Shown here one piece after another: positions 1 through 8,477 of a stretch of DNA of 29,512 nucleotides. The translations under genes and the position numbers were made by a program. Position 1 is the first letter of the stretch, and the number at the start of each line of letters is the position of its first letter. Origin of the DNA: Candidatus Firestoneibacteriota bacterium (GTDB lineage: Bacteria; Oederibacteriota; D2-FULL-39-29; JBBTED01); assembly GCA_038042445.1 (NCBI GenBank), contig JBBTED010000156.1, positions 1 to 29,512 of the forward strand, written 5' to 3'. The notes under the pieces are model-generated. The model was not told where the DNA came from. It did not search any database and saw only the letters and a list, made by a program, of their open reading frames with translations.

Positions 1-370
1 GCACTATATCTACAAACCGCATTATAATGTTATCTATTACACCACCAAAATATCCTGCAAATGCACCAAGTGTTATGCCAATAAATGTTGCTATTGCAAT
101 TGCAATAAAACCAACAGATAAAGATACACGTGAGCCCCATATTATTCTGGATAAAACATCTCTACCAAGTTCATCTGTTCCAAGTAGATGTTTTTGACCT
201 GGAGACAAAAGCCGTTCGCTTAAATTTTGGTCATTTGGAGAATATGGCGAAATAACAGGTGCAAAAACTGCAAGTAATATAAGAAAAACAATAATTATTC
301 CACCTGAAAGCGCAAGTTTATTGTTTTTAAATTTTTGCCAGATTATTTTTGAAAGTCTTTCTTTTTGCAT
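1..370 (-). CDS. ABC peptide/nickel transporter permease, DppC/OppC family (runs off the window edge)
   Basis: Not in the ORF track. Hand translation from ATG 370 gives MQKERLSKIIWQKFKNNKLALSGG...HLLGTDELGRDVLSRIIWGSRVSL, the OppC signature. It follows a DppB-type gene. Confidence 0.9.
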   Translation of the reverse strand, partial: MQKERLSKIIWQKFKNNKLALSGGIIIVFLILLAVFAPVISPYSPNDQNLSERLLSPGQKHLLGTDELGRDVLSRIIWGSRVSLSVGFIAIAIATFIGITLGAFAGYFGGVIDNIIMRFVDIV

Positions 371-385
371 TTTATGTGATCATTT

Positions 386-507
386 TGTCATCCTGAACTT
401 GTTTCAGGATCTAAATTTGTAGTTGCCGATTCATCGGCCAAAAAAACAGCTGATAAATCAGCGACTACAAAAAAATTATTAGATACTGAAATAAATTCAG
501 CATGACA
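386..507. repeat. TGTC-type REP-like dimer (386-412, 481-507) enclosing a GTAG-type dimer (419-438, 449-468)
   Basis: TGTCATCCTGAACTTGTTTCAGGATCT ... AGATACTGAAATAAATTCAGCATGACA surrounds GTAGTTGCCGATTCATCGGC ... GCTGATAAATCAGCGACTAC. Confidence 0.9.
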
Positions 508-516
508 ATTTTTATT

Positions 517-1491
517 TTATTTCGTATATCTAATCCTTGGATCAACTAAAGCATAAGTTATATCTGCAAGTAGATTTCCTATTAATGTTAAAATTGCTCC
601 TATTGTAACTACACCCATTATTACAGGATAATCAAAAGTTAAAGCTGATTCATAAGCTAATCTTCCCATTCCTGGCCAAGCAAATATAGTTTCAAAAATT
701 ATCCCTCCTCCAATTAATCCAGGTAAACAAAGCCCAAGAATTGTAATTATTGGAAGAAGAGCATTTTTTAAAGCATGTTTGTATATAACTACTTTTTCCG
801 GCAAACCTTTTGCTCTTGCTGTTCTTATGTAATCCTGACGTATAACTTCAAGCATACTGCTTCTGGTATATCTTGATATTGAAGCAAATCCGCCAAATGC
901 TGAAATAAAAACAGGTAAAATTAAATGTTTTGCTATATCTATAATTTTTTCAATAATCGTCATAGAATCATAATTTATTGAATGTATTCCGGAGATTGGC
1001 AGCCAGTTTAACATAATTCCAAAAAACAACATAAGAATAAGAGCTAACCAGAATGTTGGAATTGAATAACCTGCAAATGTTATAACTGTGAATAATTTAT
1101 CCCATATTGAATGTTGTTTAGTTGCAGAAAAAACTCCGATTGGAATTGCAACTATAAATATTAAAAACAACGAAAGAATATTTAATAACAAAGTTGCAGG
1201 TAATCTTTCAACAATTTTTGAAATAACAGGTCTTTCATCAATAAAAGAATTTCCAAAATTAAAAAATACAAGTCTTTTAACCCATTTTATATATTGAATA
1301 TGAATAGGTTTATCTAAATCATATAAAGCTTTAAGCCGTTCAATTGAATCAGGTGAAACTTTAACATTCATTTGTGATTGTATTACTGTTGGGCCTCCTG
1401 GAGTAATATGAATTATTCCAAAAGTTATAATGGTAATTCCCAGAAGAATTGGAATAGAAAGCAAAAGTCTTTTAAAAATATAAGATTTCAT
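517..1491 (-). CDS. ABC peptide/nickel transporter permease, DppB/OppB family
   Basis: Motifs [13 protein letters not shown], the EAA loop [21 protein letters not shown] and the C-terminal DPRIR. Confidence 0.93.
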   Translation of the reverse strand: MKSYIFKRLLLSIPILLGITIITFGIIHITPGGPTVIQSQMNVKVSPDSIERLKALYDLDKPIHIQYIKWVKRLVFFNFGNSFIDERPVISKIVERLPATLLLNILSLFLIFIVAIPIGVFSATKQHSIWDKLFTVITFAGYSIPTFWLALILMLFFGIMLNWLPISGIHSINYDSMTIIEKIIDIAKHLILPVFISAFGGFASISRYTRSSMLEVIRQDYIRTARAKGLPEKVVIYKHALKNALLPIITILGLCLPGLIGGGIIFETIFAWPGMGRLAYESALTFDYPVIMGVVTIGAILTLIGNLLADITYALVDPRIRYTK

Positions 1492-1493
1492 TT

Positions 1494-2762
1494 CTATGAT
1501 ATCTTATTGATAACTAATCCTGAAACAAGTTTTGGATAAAAATATGTGGATTTAGGAGGCATACGTTCATTTAAACCGGCAATCTTTTTTACTTCACTTA
1601 ATTTCGTAGAATTTAAAAAAAACGCAATATTGTATTTTTTCAAATTAACCAAATTAACAGCATCTTTTTCATCTCTTATGTAACAAACATCTATTATTTC
1701 ACTATTAAGTGATGGGATTAAAAAATTATGCAATAAACTCACATCTAATTTGTTCCATTCTTTAGAGTGACAACTTTTAATTTGAGATGGTAATTTAAAA
1801 TTTTTTAGAAATAAAACATAAAATTTATTATTCCCTGCATACATCCCAAAAGTTTGAACTTTTGCACCATATTTTTCCATTTTATCAAAACAAATTTTTA
1901 AACTATTGACAGGATAAATAGCAAAACTATCTTTAATTGTAGTTATGAATCTTTCAAAGTCAAATTTTTCACATTTTATTAATCTATGAGTAGGCACTAT
2001 AACAAGACCTTTATTATTAATTGAAGTAAGATACATCATAACATAATCGTAAAGTTTATTTGCTTTTTGCTTCTTTTTCATCTCATCTTTAAATGCAAGC
2101 GCAGCTTCATATCTATGATGTCCATCTGCTATTATAATTTTTGTAGCAGCTATTTTTTTTTGTATAAATTTAATGGTATCTGTCCTTGTAATTGCCCATA
2201 ATTTATTTTGGACACCTGCAAATTGGACATTAAATAAAGGTTTAATTTTCTTTTTGTCTATTATCATTTTTAACTTTTCTTCCATATTATCAGATAAATG
2301 TATTGAAAAAATCGGGCTTAAATTTGTTTTGCAAGTTTGAAGAAGTTTTAAACGATCTTTTTTTGGCTTGCTTATTGTCTCTTCATGAGGAGAAATTAAA
2401 CCTGATGAAAAATCTTGAAGTTTAATAAGACAGATAAACCCAAGCTGTGTCTTTGTTTCGCCTTTGTATACAAATTTTTCCTCTAAAAAATAAATGGCAG
2501 GAGTATTTTGCCTTATTAATATTTCTTTACGCAACCATTCTTTTATAAACTTTGATGCTCTTGTATATTTATTTGATTTGGTGTTATCCGATGAATAGAT
2601 TTTTCCTAAAATAACCCGAATTATATTGTTGCTATGCTTTTTATAATATTGATTTTGCTGAGAAGGAGAAATTATATCATAAGGCGGTGTAAGAACTTTT
2701 GAAATATTTCTTATTTTTTCTTTATTATATATTACTCCCTTAAATGGTAAGACTTCAGACAT
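1494..2762 (-). CDS. DUF1015 family protein
   Basis: Motifs [23 protein letters not shown] and [15 protein letters not shown]. Confidence 0.9.
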   Translation of the reverse strand: MSEVLPFKGVIYNKEKIRNISKVLTPPYDIISPSQQNQYYKKHSNNIIRVILGKIYSSDNTKSNKYTRASKFIKEWLRKEILIRQNTPAIYFLEEKFVYKGETKTQLGFICLIKLQDFSSGLISPHEETISKPKKDRLKLLQTCKTNLSPIFSIHLSDNMEEKLKMIIDKKKIKPLFNVQFAGVQNKLWAITRTDTIKFIQKKIAATKIIIADGHHRYEAALAFKDEMKKKQKANKLYDYVMMYLTSINNKGLVIVPTHRLIKCEKFDFERFITTIKDSFAIYPVNSLKICFDKMEKYGAKVQTFGMYAGNNKFYVLFLKNFKLPSQIKSCHSKEWNKLDVSLLHNFLIPSLNSEIIDVCYIRDEKDAVNLVNLKKYNIAFFLNSTKLSEVKKIAGLNERMPPKSTYFYPKLVSGLVINKIS

Positions 2763-2796
2763 AATAATCCTTTAATTAAAAATTTATGCAAAACAG

Positions 2797-2884
2797 GATT
2801 CTTCACTTCGTTCAGAATGACAAATTGTCATGCTGAATTTATTTCAGCATCTCTTTTAGACCCTGAAACAAGTTCAGGGTGACA
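2797..2884. repeat. TGTC-type REP-like cluster: lone arm (2797-2822) plus dimer (2826-2852, 2858-2884)
   Basis: GATTCTTCACTTCGTTCAGAATGACA, then TGTCATGCTGAATTTATTTCAGCATCT-ctttt-AGACCCTGAAACAAGTTCAGGGTGACA. Confidence 0.9.
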
Positions 2885-2894
2885 AAAATGTCAT

Positions 2895-3224
2895 TTATTT
2901 AGCTATGTTAGAATCAAGTTTTGCTTTTATATTGTCTTTTGGCTGTGCTCCAATAATTTGGTCTACTACACTGCCATTTTTGAATATAAGCAGGCTTGGA
3001 ATACTGCGTATACCATACTTACTTGCTGTATTTGGACTTTCATCTACATTCACTTTGCATATTTTGGCTTTTCCTGCATATTCACCGGCTAACTCTTCTA
3101 TTATAGGTCCTACCATTCTGCATGGGCCACACCACTCTGCCCAGAAATCAACTAAAGTAGTTATATTTGATTGTAATACTTCTTTTTCAAAATCTGCATC
3201 TGTAATTTTAATTGCATTTGCCAT
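2895..3224 (-). CDS. trxA: Thioredoxin
   Basis: WCGPC active site and YGIRSIP. Start moved to ATG 3224 (MANAIKITD), which has a GGGGTG Shine-Dalgarno and avoids overlapping the upstream gene. Confidence 0.95.
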   Translation of the reverse strand: MANAIKITDADFEKEVLQSNITTLVDFWAEWCGPCRMVGPIIEELAGEYAGKAKICKVNVDESPNTASKYGIRSIPSLLIFKNGSVVDQIIGAQPKDNIKAKLDSNIAK

Positions 3225-3228
3225 AATA

Positions 3229-4251
3229 TCACCCCATTTTAGCAACAACATTATGTGTCGCTGTCATTATTTTTTCGGCTATTTCTTCTGTTAAAGAACC
3301 AACTCCACAACTCGGAGTTACAAAAAAGTTGTCTGTTAATACCTTTTTATCTACTCCCTTATCAATCAGAAACTTAAATCCATTTTCTAATTTTTGTGTC
3401 AAAGTTTCAATACTTTCATCGTTAATTTTTTCAGAAGATGGCACTATACCCCATGCAATTTTCCCACCACGTTTAATAAAAGATTCTATTGAATCGCTAT
3501 ACAATGCAAGCTTTTCAGAATATTCATAAGCATCAAAATTTATTATATCAACTTTCGTATCTGTAAGCAATGACCAATCAGTATTTCCGCAACAATGAAT
3601 ACCTGAAAGCGCACCTTCAAGTTTTATAGCATCAATCACTTCATTTAAATAATTAATAATATTTTCGCGACTGACTGCCATAAATGCAGAACCATAAGAT
3701 GATAAATATGGTTCATCTATAAAAATAATTACTTTTGGACTGATTTTTAAAAATTCTTTTATCTGCCATCGCATTTTCATTGCACAATTTTTAATTACAA
3801 CATCTGCTAATTGTTCATTATATAAAACAGCTCGTCTGTTTTCATCTGTTATAGTCAAACCAAAACTAATTGGCCCAACAAGCTGGCCTTTTAAATATTC
3901 AGGTTTAACTTTTTTTGCGATGTCAAGAAATGCATAAAATCCTTCTGAATACATTTGGGAAATTGCAAAGTTTTCCGGATTGTCAGACAAATATCTTTCA
4001 TAGAATTTTTCCAGTTCTTTTTCTATACCACCATCTAAACTAAAATACATTTTATTGTTTTCTTCATTCAAAACAACTTTCGGTAATCCTTCACTTATCT
4101 GCTGGCACATACCTTCATAAAAACTTCGCTTTGGAAGCTGTGGCCAGGCTGGAGCTACAGGAAAATTTTCAAAAACTAATTCGCATGCACGTTTCGCATC
4201 TTTGTGAGGCATACTGCCTATTACTGTAGCAATTACTTTTTTTCCATTCAT
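3229..4251 (-). CDS. Core methionine synthase (single MetE-like catalytic barrel; MesB-like)
   Basis: 340 aa with IGSMPH, WPQLP, GQLVGPIS, FIDEP, Zn-ligand motifs HCC and PSCG. There is no N-terminal folate-binding barrel. Confidence 0.8.
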   Translation of the reverse strand: MNGKKVIATVIGSMPHKDAKRACELVFENFPVAPAWPQLPKRSFYEGMCQQISEGLPKVVLNEENNKMYFSLDGGIEKELEKFYERYLSDNPENFAISQMYSEGFYAFLDIAKKVKPEYLKGQLVGPISFGLTITDENRRAVLYNEQLADVVIKNCAMKMRWQIKEFLKISPKVIIFIDEPYLSSYGSAFMAVSRENIINYLNEVIDAIKLEGALSGIHCCGNTDWSLLTDTKVDIINFDAYEYSEKLALYSDSIESFIKRGGKIAWGIVPSSEKINDESIETLTQKLENGFKFLIDKGVDKKVLTDNFFVTPSCGVGSLTEEIAEKIMTATHNVVAKMG

Positions 4252-4260
4252 GGTTATTTA

Positions 4261-4288
4261 ATAATATCAGAAATCTTGGTAATGTCAA
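4261..4288 (-). promoter_or_regulatory. Sigma70-type promoter of the methionine synthase operon
   Basis: Minus strand TTGACA-16nt-TATTAT with an extended TG, ending 9 nt before the ATG. Confidence 0.6.
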
Positions 4289-4368
4289 TTTTTAAAATTT
4301 ATTTGTTTAATTTAAAATATTATCAATTTTGTCATTTAATTAAAGGAAGCAAACATGCAAAGACTTTT

Positions 4369-4442
4369 TGTCACCCTGAACTTGTTTCAGGGTCTTAAAA
4401 CCTCTTGACTTTATTAGATGCTGAAATAAATTCAGCATGACA
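4369..4442. repeat. TGTC-type REP-like dimer (4369-4395, 4416-4442)
   Basis: TGTCACCCTGAACTTGTTTCAGGGTCT-20nt-AGATGCTGAAATAAATTCAGCATGACA. Confidence 0.9.
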
Positions 4443-4485
4443 AAACTGCAAAAATACCATTTTGAGGAATTTCTGAGAATATTTC

Positions 4486-4514
4486 TTGAAAATATTTGGT
4501 GGAATTGATATTAT
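4486..4514 (+). promoter_or_regulatory. Sigma70-type promoter of the TauE/SafE gene
   Basis: TTGAAA-17nt-TATTAT with an extended TG. If real, the start codon is ATG 4524 rather than 4515. Confidence 0.55.
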
Positions 4515-5423
4515 ATGTATTCCATGATCGATTTCAATCTCATAAATATAATAGGTGTAATTTTAAGCGGATTATTAATAGGTTTTCTTTCAGGCGTGTT
4601 TGGTGTTGGTGGTGGATTTTTAATGACACCAATCTTGCGAATTGTTTTTGGAATTCCTTATAATATAGCAGTAGCAAGTGACTTAACTGCTATAGCAATA
4701 ACTTCTTTCTATGGCGTATTTAAACACTATAAATTACAACATGTAAATATCAAGCTTGGTTTAATTATATTAATTGGAATGCTACCTGGTGTTGAAATAG
4801 GTGCAAGAATTTTAACTCTTCTTAAAAATACTTCTAATTTTTTAATAAATGGAAAAGAAATATCACAAATGGATTTTGTTTTAAACTCTTCTTATATAGT
4901 AGTATTATTTCTTGCTGCGTTTATTATGTTTATTGAATATTACAAATGGGCAAAAGAAAACAGAATAAGTTGTGACTTAACAAATTATAAAATAAGTTAT
5001 TATTACTTTAATAAAAAAGACGTTTGTTCACTAAATATATTTGCATTATTATTATTAGGTTTTTTTATAGGAGTTCTTAATGGAATGTTAGGTGTTGGTG
5101 GTGGTTTTTTAATTGTTCCTTTACTTATCAATATTTTTTCTTTACCCGCAGTAATTGTTGTTGGAACAAGTTTATTTATAATATGCCCATCAAGTGTATA
5201 TGGAGCAATAAGCCATATTATAAAAGGTAATACTGATTTGTTGATGATTATATTGATTCTATGCGGCTCTATTTTAGGAACTTACTTAGGTTCTCAATTA
5301 ACTGAAAAAATAAGAGGCAAAAAAATCCGTTTGTATTTTGTCTTTATAATATTACTTGCTATTATTATGATTTCAATAAATTTTGTATCTCAATTGGGAT
5401 ATCTGAATTTCTGTATGGAATAA
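4515..5423 (+). CDS. TauE/SafE (TSUP) family membrane transporter
   Basis: Hydrophobic protein with the duplicated G-x-x-GVGGG-F motif and a GTSL motif. The start may be 4524. Confidence 0.9.
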   Translation: MYSMIDFNLINIIGVILSGLLIGFLSGVFGVGGGFLMTPILRIVFGIPYNIAVASDLTAIAITSFYGVFKHYKLQHVNIKLGLIILIGMLPGVEIGARILTLLKNTSNFLINGKEISQMDFVLNSSYIVVLFLAAFIMFIEYYKWAKENRISCDLTNYKISYYYFNKKDVCSLNIFALLLLGFFIGVLNGMLGVGGGFLIVPLLINIFSLPAVIVVGTSLFIICPSSVYGAISHIIKGNTDLLMIILILCGSILGTYLGSQLTEKIRGKKIRLYFVFIILLAIIMISINFVSQLGYLNFCME

Positions 5424-5443
5424 CAATTAAACAAGATTGTCGC

Positions 5444-5660
5444 GTAGGGGCGAGTTTACTCGCCCATTTATTGGGCGGATAAATCCGCCACTACAACAAA
5501 TTGTCATTCCCGCAGTTGTAAGCGGGAATCCAGTGTCTTTAGTAGTTTGTCATGCCCAAGTTCATCCTCGTTTTCACGAGGACAAGTTAATCGGGCATCC
5601 AGAGTTTTGTTTTAGTAATATTTTAAAGACGCTGGATTCCCAATCAAGTTGGGAATGACA
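5444..5660. repeat. REP-like cluster: GTAG dimer (5444-5494) and three TGTC-type arms (5502-5533, 5548-5602, 5632-5660)
   Basis: GTAGGGGCGAGTTTACTCGCCC/GGGCGGATAAATCCGCCACTAC; TGTCATTCCCGC..GCGGGAATCCAG; TGTCATGCCC..GGGCATCCAG; CTGGATTCCCAATCAAGTTGGGAATGACA. Confidence 0.88.
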
Positions 5661-5735
5661 GAAAAAGAAACGGTGTCCAGTAAATATTTACACAAAAGCT
5701 ATCCGTACAGGTGAACCAATACAATAGTAACTGCT

Positions 5736-6701
5736 ATGAATAAAATATTTTTAAAAAAACCGTTTTCACATATTATTAATACTTTGCCTTATAAATTAAT
5801 TTATCTTAATCATATTAAAAAATGTATTTCGAAACTGGATTCTGATGCTCTTGAATTAAATATAGAAACTACAAATGCCTGCACTGCAGATTGTATAATG
5901 TGTCCACACAACAAGATGCAAAGAAAAATTGGGATTATGGAAATAAATCTTTTTAAGAAAATTCTAGATGATGCTACAAGTGGGCAAATAAAAATCAAAT
6001 CATTTGTGTTATCCGGGTTTGGAGACCCCTTAATTGACCCGATTTTTTTTGACCGTATAAAAATGATACGTGAACGTGGTAATTTTTATATTAAATTTTT
6101 TACTAATGGCTCGCTTTTATCGCAAGAAAATGCTTTAAATATTATTAATTCAAATGTAAACGAGATTGTAATTAGTTTTAATGCTGTGAACAAACAATCT
6201 TATGAACAGATAATGAAAAAATTAAATTATAGTTTTGTCTTGTCAAATATCTTAAATTTTATTAAAATGAAGAGGTTAAAGAAAAGTCATTTGCCTAAGA
6301 TTGTGATTTCCTGTATGCGACTTAATGCAAATGCGCAGGAACTCCATTTAGTGCGTAAATTTTGGGAGCAGTTAGCTGATTATACACTAAAGCCAATCCC
6401 AGAAAATTGGAGTGGTGCAATTAAGCAGGAATCACCTGTAAAAATAGTCTTAAATAACAATCTTTGGCCATGCAGAGGGCTGTGGACATCTTTGGATGTG
6501 CTTTATGACGGACGAGTAGCATTATGCTGCCGTGATTATGATGGAAAATCCATTTTAGGTGATATAAAAACTTCAACACTAAAAGAAATCTGGGCAAGGA
6601 AAAAAGCCATTGGTGAACAACATCTAAGAAATGACTTTGATTCTACACCTATTTGCAAGGTTTGTGATACTGCAAAATTAAATGCAATTAGTTGGTGGTA
6701 A
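5736..6701 (+). CDS. Radical SAM protein with a C-terminal SPASM/twitch domain; substrate unknown
   Basis: CxxxCxxC (CTADCIMC), GFGDPL, FTNG, and C-terminal PC...DG-V--CC-D...CKVC. Confidence 0.9.
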   Translation: MNKIFLKKPFSHIINTLPYKLIYLNHIKKCISKLDSDALELNIETTNACTADCIMCPHNKMQRKIGIMEINLFKKILDDATSGQIKIKSFVLSGFGDPLIDPIFFDRIKMIRERGNFYIKFFTNGSLLSQENALNIINSNVNEIVISFNAVNKQSYEQIMKKLNYSFVLSNILNFIKMKRLKKSHLPKIVISCMRLNANAQELHLVRKFWEQLADYTLKPIPENWSGAIKQESPVKIVLNNNLWPCRGLWTSLDVLYDGRVALCCRDYDGKSILGDIKTSTLKEIWARKKAIGEQHLRNDFDSTPICKVCDTAKLNAISWW

Positions 6702-6703
6702 CT

Positions 6704-6915
6704 TGTGGATAACTCTGTGGATATTATGTGAATTGTGTGTATAACAATGCTATTTATCCACAATTATTGATATAAACATCTGTGGACAAAGCTGTGGATA
6801 TCTTGAATATAACTTGTGTTTTTGTTTGAATAAAACAAGCGAAAAACACGCAGGCTAAAGCCTGCGACTACCATAAAGTAAGACAACTGAAATTTAAAAT
6901 ACAGTCTGTGGATAA
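6704..6915. promoter_or_regulatory. DnaA-box cluster upstream of dnaA (left part of oriC / dnaA autoregulation)
   Basis: TGTGGATAA 6704, TGTGGATAT 6716, TGTGTATAA 6736, TTATCCACA 6754, TGTGGACAA 6781, TGTGGATAT 6793, TGTGGATAA 6907. Confidence 0.92.
6849..6871. repeat. Single GTAG-type REP arm
   Basis: CGCAGGCTAAAGCCTGCGACTAC is the exact reverse complement of 10818-10840. Confidence 0.88.
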
Positions 6916-6918
6916 ATT

Positions 6919-8271
6919 ATGAATGATGCAGAAAATGCTATACAGAATATCTGGAATCAAGTTTTAGATGTAGTTAAAAGTACTCTTGATAGACAAACTT
7001 TTGAAACATGGTTTTTGCCATTAAGAACTGTGTCTTTTACTGATAATATATTAATTATTGCAGTTCCAAGTGTATTTTTTAAAGATTGGATTACAACGAA
7101 ATACAAAACATTGCTTGAAGATGCTGCAAAAAAAATCTGTGGCAATGAAGTTAAATTTGAACTTGTCATTTCCTCAAAAACAGATGAGGAGCAAACAATT
7201 GAAACTCCTGTGCATATCCAAAGTGAAAAGGCAAAACCTATTGATTTTTTAAATCCAAAACATACTTTTGATAATTTTATAGTTGGAAATAGCAACAGAT
7301 TTGCACATGCCGCATCATTAGCTGTAGCAGAAACTCCGGCTACTGCGTATAATCCATTATTTATATATGGAGGTGTCGGACTTGGAAAAACGCATCTATT
7401 ACATGCAATAGGGAAATACATAAAGGAACATAATCCTAATTTTAAAATATTGTATCTCACCTCTGAAAAATTTATGAATGAAATGATAAGTTCATTATTG
7501 TATGGGAAAATACTGGAATTTAGAAATCGTTTTAGAAGCATTGATGTGTTACTTATAGATGATATACAATTTTTAGCAAGGAAAGAAAGCACACAGGAAG
7601 AGTTTTTTCATACATTTAATGCATTATATGATGCAAACAAACAAATAGTTGCTTCAAGTGATAGTCATCCAAAAGAAATAAATTTGGAAGAAAGATTGCG
7701 TTCGCGATTTGAAATGGGACTGATTGCAGACATACAAGCTCCTGATCTTGAAACAAGAATTGCAATTTTACGAAAAAAAGCAGATATAGAAAAATTACAT
7801 CTACCTGATGAAGTTACTTTATTAATTGCAAACAAGATAACTTCTAATATTCGTGTCTTGGAAGGATGTCTTATAAAAATTTCAGCGTATGCTTCTTTAA
7901 CACAAAGCCGTATAACTGAAGAACTCGTTCATGAGGTATTAAAAGATATTTTAGGGTTTGAAGATGATAAACATATCACTATTGATATTATTAAAAAAGT
8001 AATTGTTGATTTTTTTAATCTCAAACCATCTGATATGACAGCTAAAAAAAGAACAAAAAGCATAGCATTTCCGCGCCAAATAGCAATGTATCTTACAAGA
8101 GAATTAACAGAAGCATCTTTACCTGAAATTGGACAAAATTTTGGAGGTAGAGACCATACAACTGTTATGCATGCTCATGAACTTATAAAAAGTAAAAGAG
8201 AAACAGATACTAATTTTGAAAATGAAATGCAAAAAATAATTCAGATAATTAATAGTAAATCCTGTGTGTAA
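6919..8271 (+). CDS. dnaA: Chromosomal replication initiator
   Basis: YNPLFIYGGVGLGKTHL, LLIDDIQF, QEEFFHTFN, RLRSRF and FGGRDHTTVMHA. Confidence 0.99.
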   Translation: MNDAENAIQNIWNQVLDVVKSTLDRQTFETWFLPLRTVSFTDNILIIAVPSVFFKDWITTKYKTLLEDAAKKICGNEVKFELVISSKTDEEQTIETPVHIQSEKAKPIDFLNPKHTFDNFIVGNSNRFAHAASLAVAETPATAYNPLFIYGGVGLGKTHLLHAIGKYIKEHNPNFKILYLTSEKFMNEMISSLLYGKILEFRNRFRSIDVLLIDDIQFLARKESTQEEFFHTFNALYDANKQIVASSDSHPKEINLEERLRSRFEMGLIADIQAPDLETRIAILRKKADIEKLHLPDEVTLLIANKITSNIRVLEGCLIKISAYASLTQSRITEELVHEVLKDILGFEDDKHITIDIIKKVIVDFFNLKPSDMTAKKRTKSIAFPRQIAMYLTRELTEASLPEIGQNFGGRDHTTVMHAHELIKSKRETDTNFENEMQKIIQIINSKSCV

Positions 8272-8460
8272 TATGTTTATATCTTTTATTATTTTTTTGT
8301 ATTTATTTTTTTGTGGATAATGTGTATAATTAAAACAAGTTATCAACTATTTATTCATAGGGGTAACTGTATTATTTTAAATAATTTTTGAGGGTTACAC
8401 ACATTTTTTTAATGTATATTATTACTATTATTATTTTATATATATTAATATAATAATAAA
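8272..8460. other. Probable oriC unwinding region between dnaA and dnaN
   Basis: Tandem boxes TGTGGATAA 8312 and TGTGTATAA 8321, degenerate boxes near 8340, 8351 and 8395, DnaA-trio-like TAT TAT TAC TAT TAT TAT at 8417-8434, then an almost pure AT tract. Confidence 0.8.
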
Positions 8461-8477
8461 TAAAGGAGGATATTAAA

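Noticed and set aside
4204..4398. 64-aa plus-strand ORF
   Set aside because: It is antisense to the methionine synthase start and promoter, and its end (CHPELVSGS) is translated repeat.
5437..5658. 73-aa ORF upstream of the radical SAM/SPASM gene as a RiPP precursor
   Set aside because: It consists almost entirely of REP-like palindromes, has a TTG start and no SD.
386..5660. Palindromic repeats as a CRISPR array
   Set aside because: Copies are dispersed inverted pairs, not direct repeats with regular spacers, and no cas genes are present.
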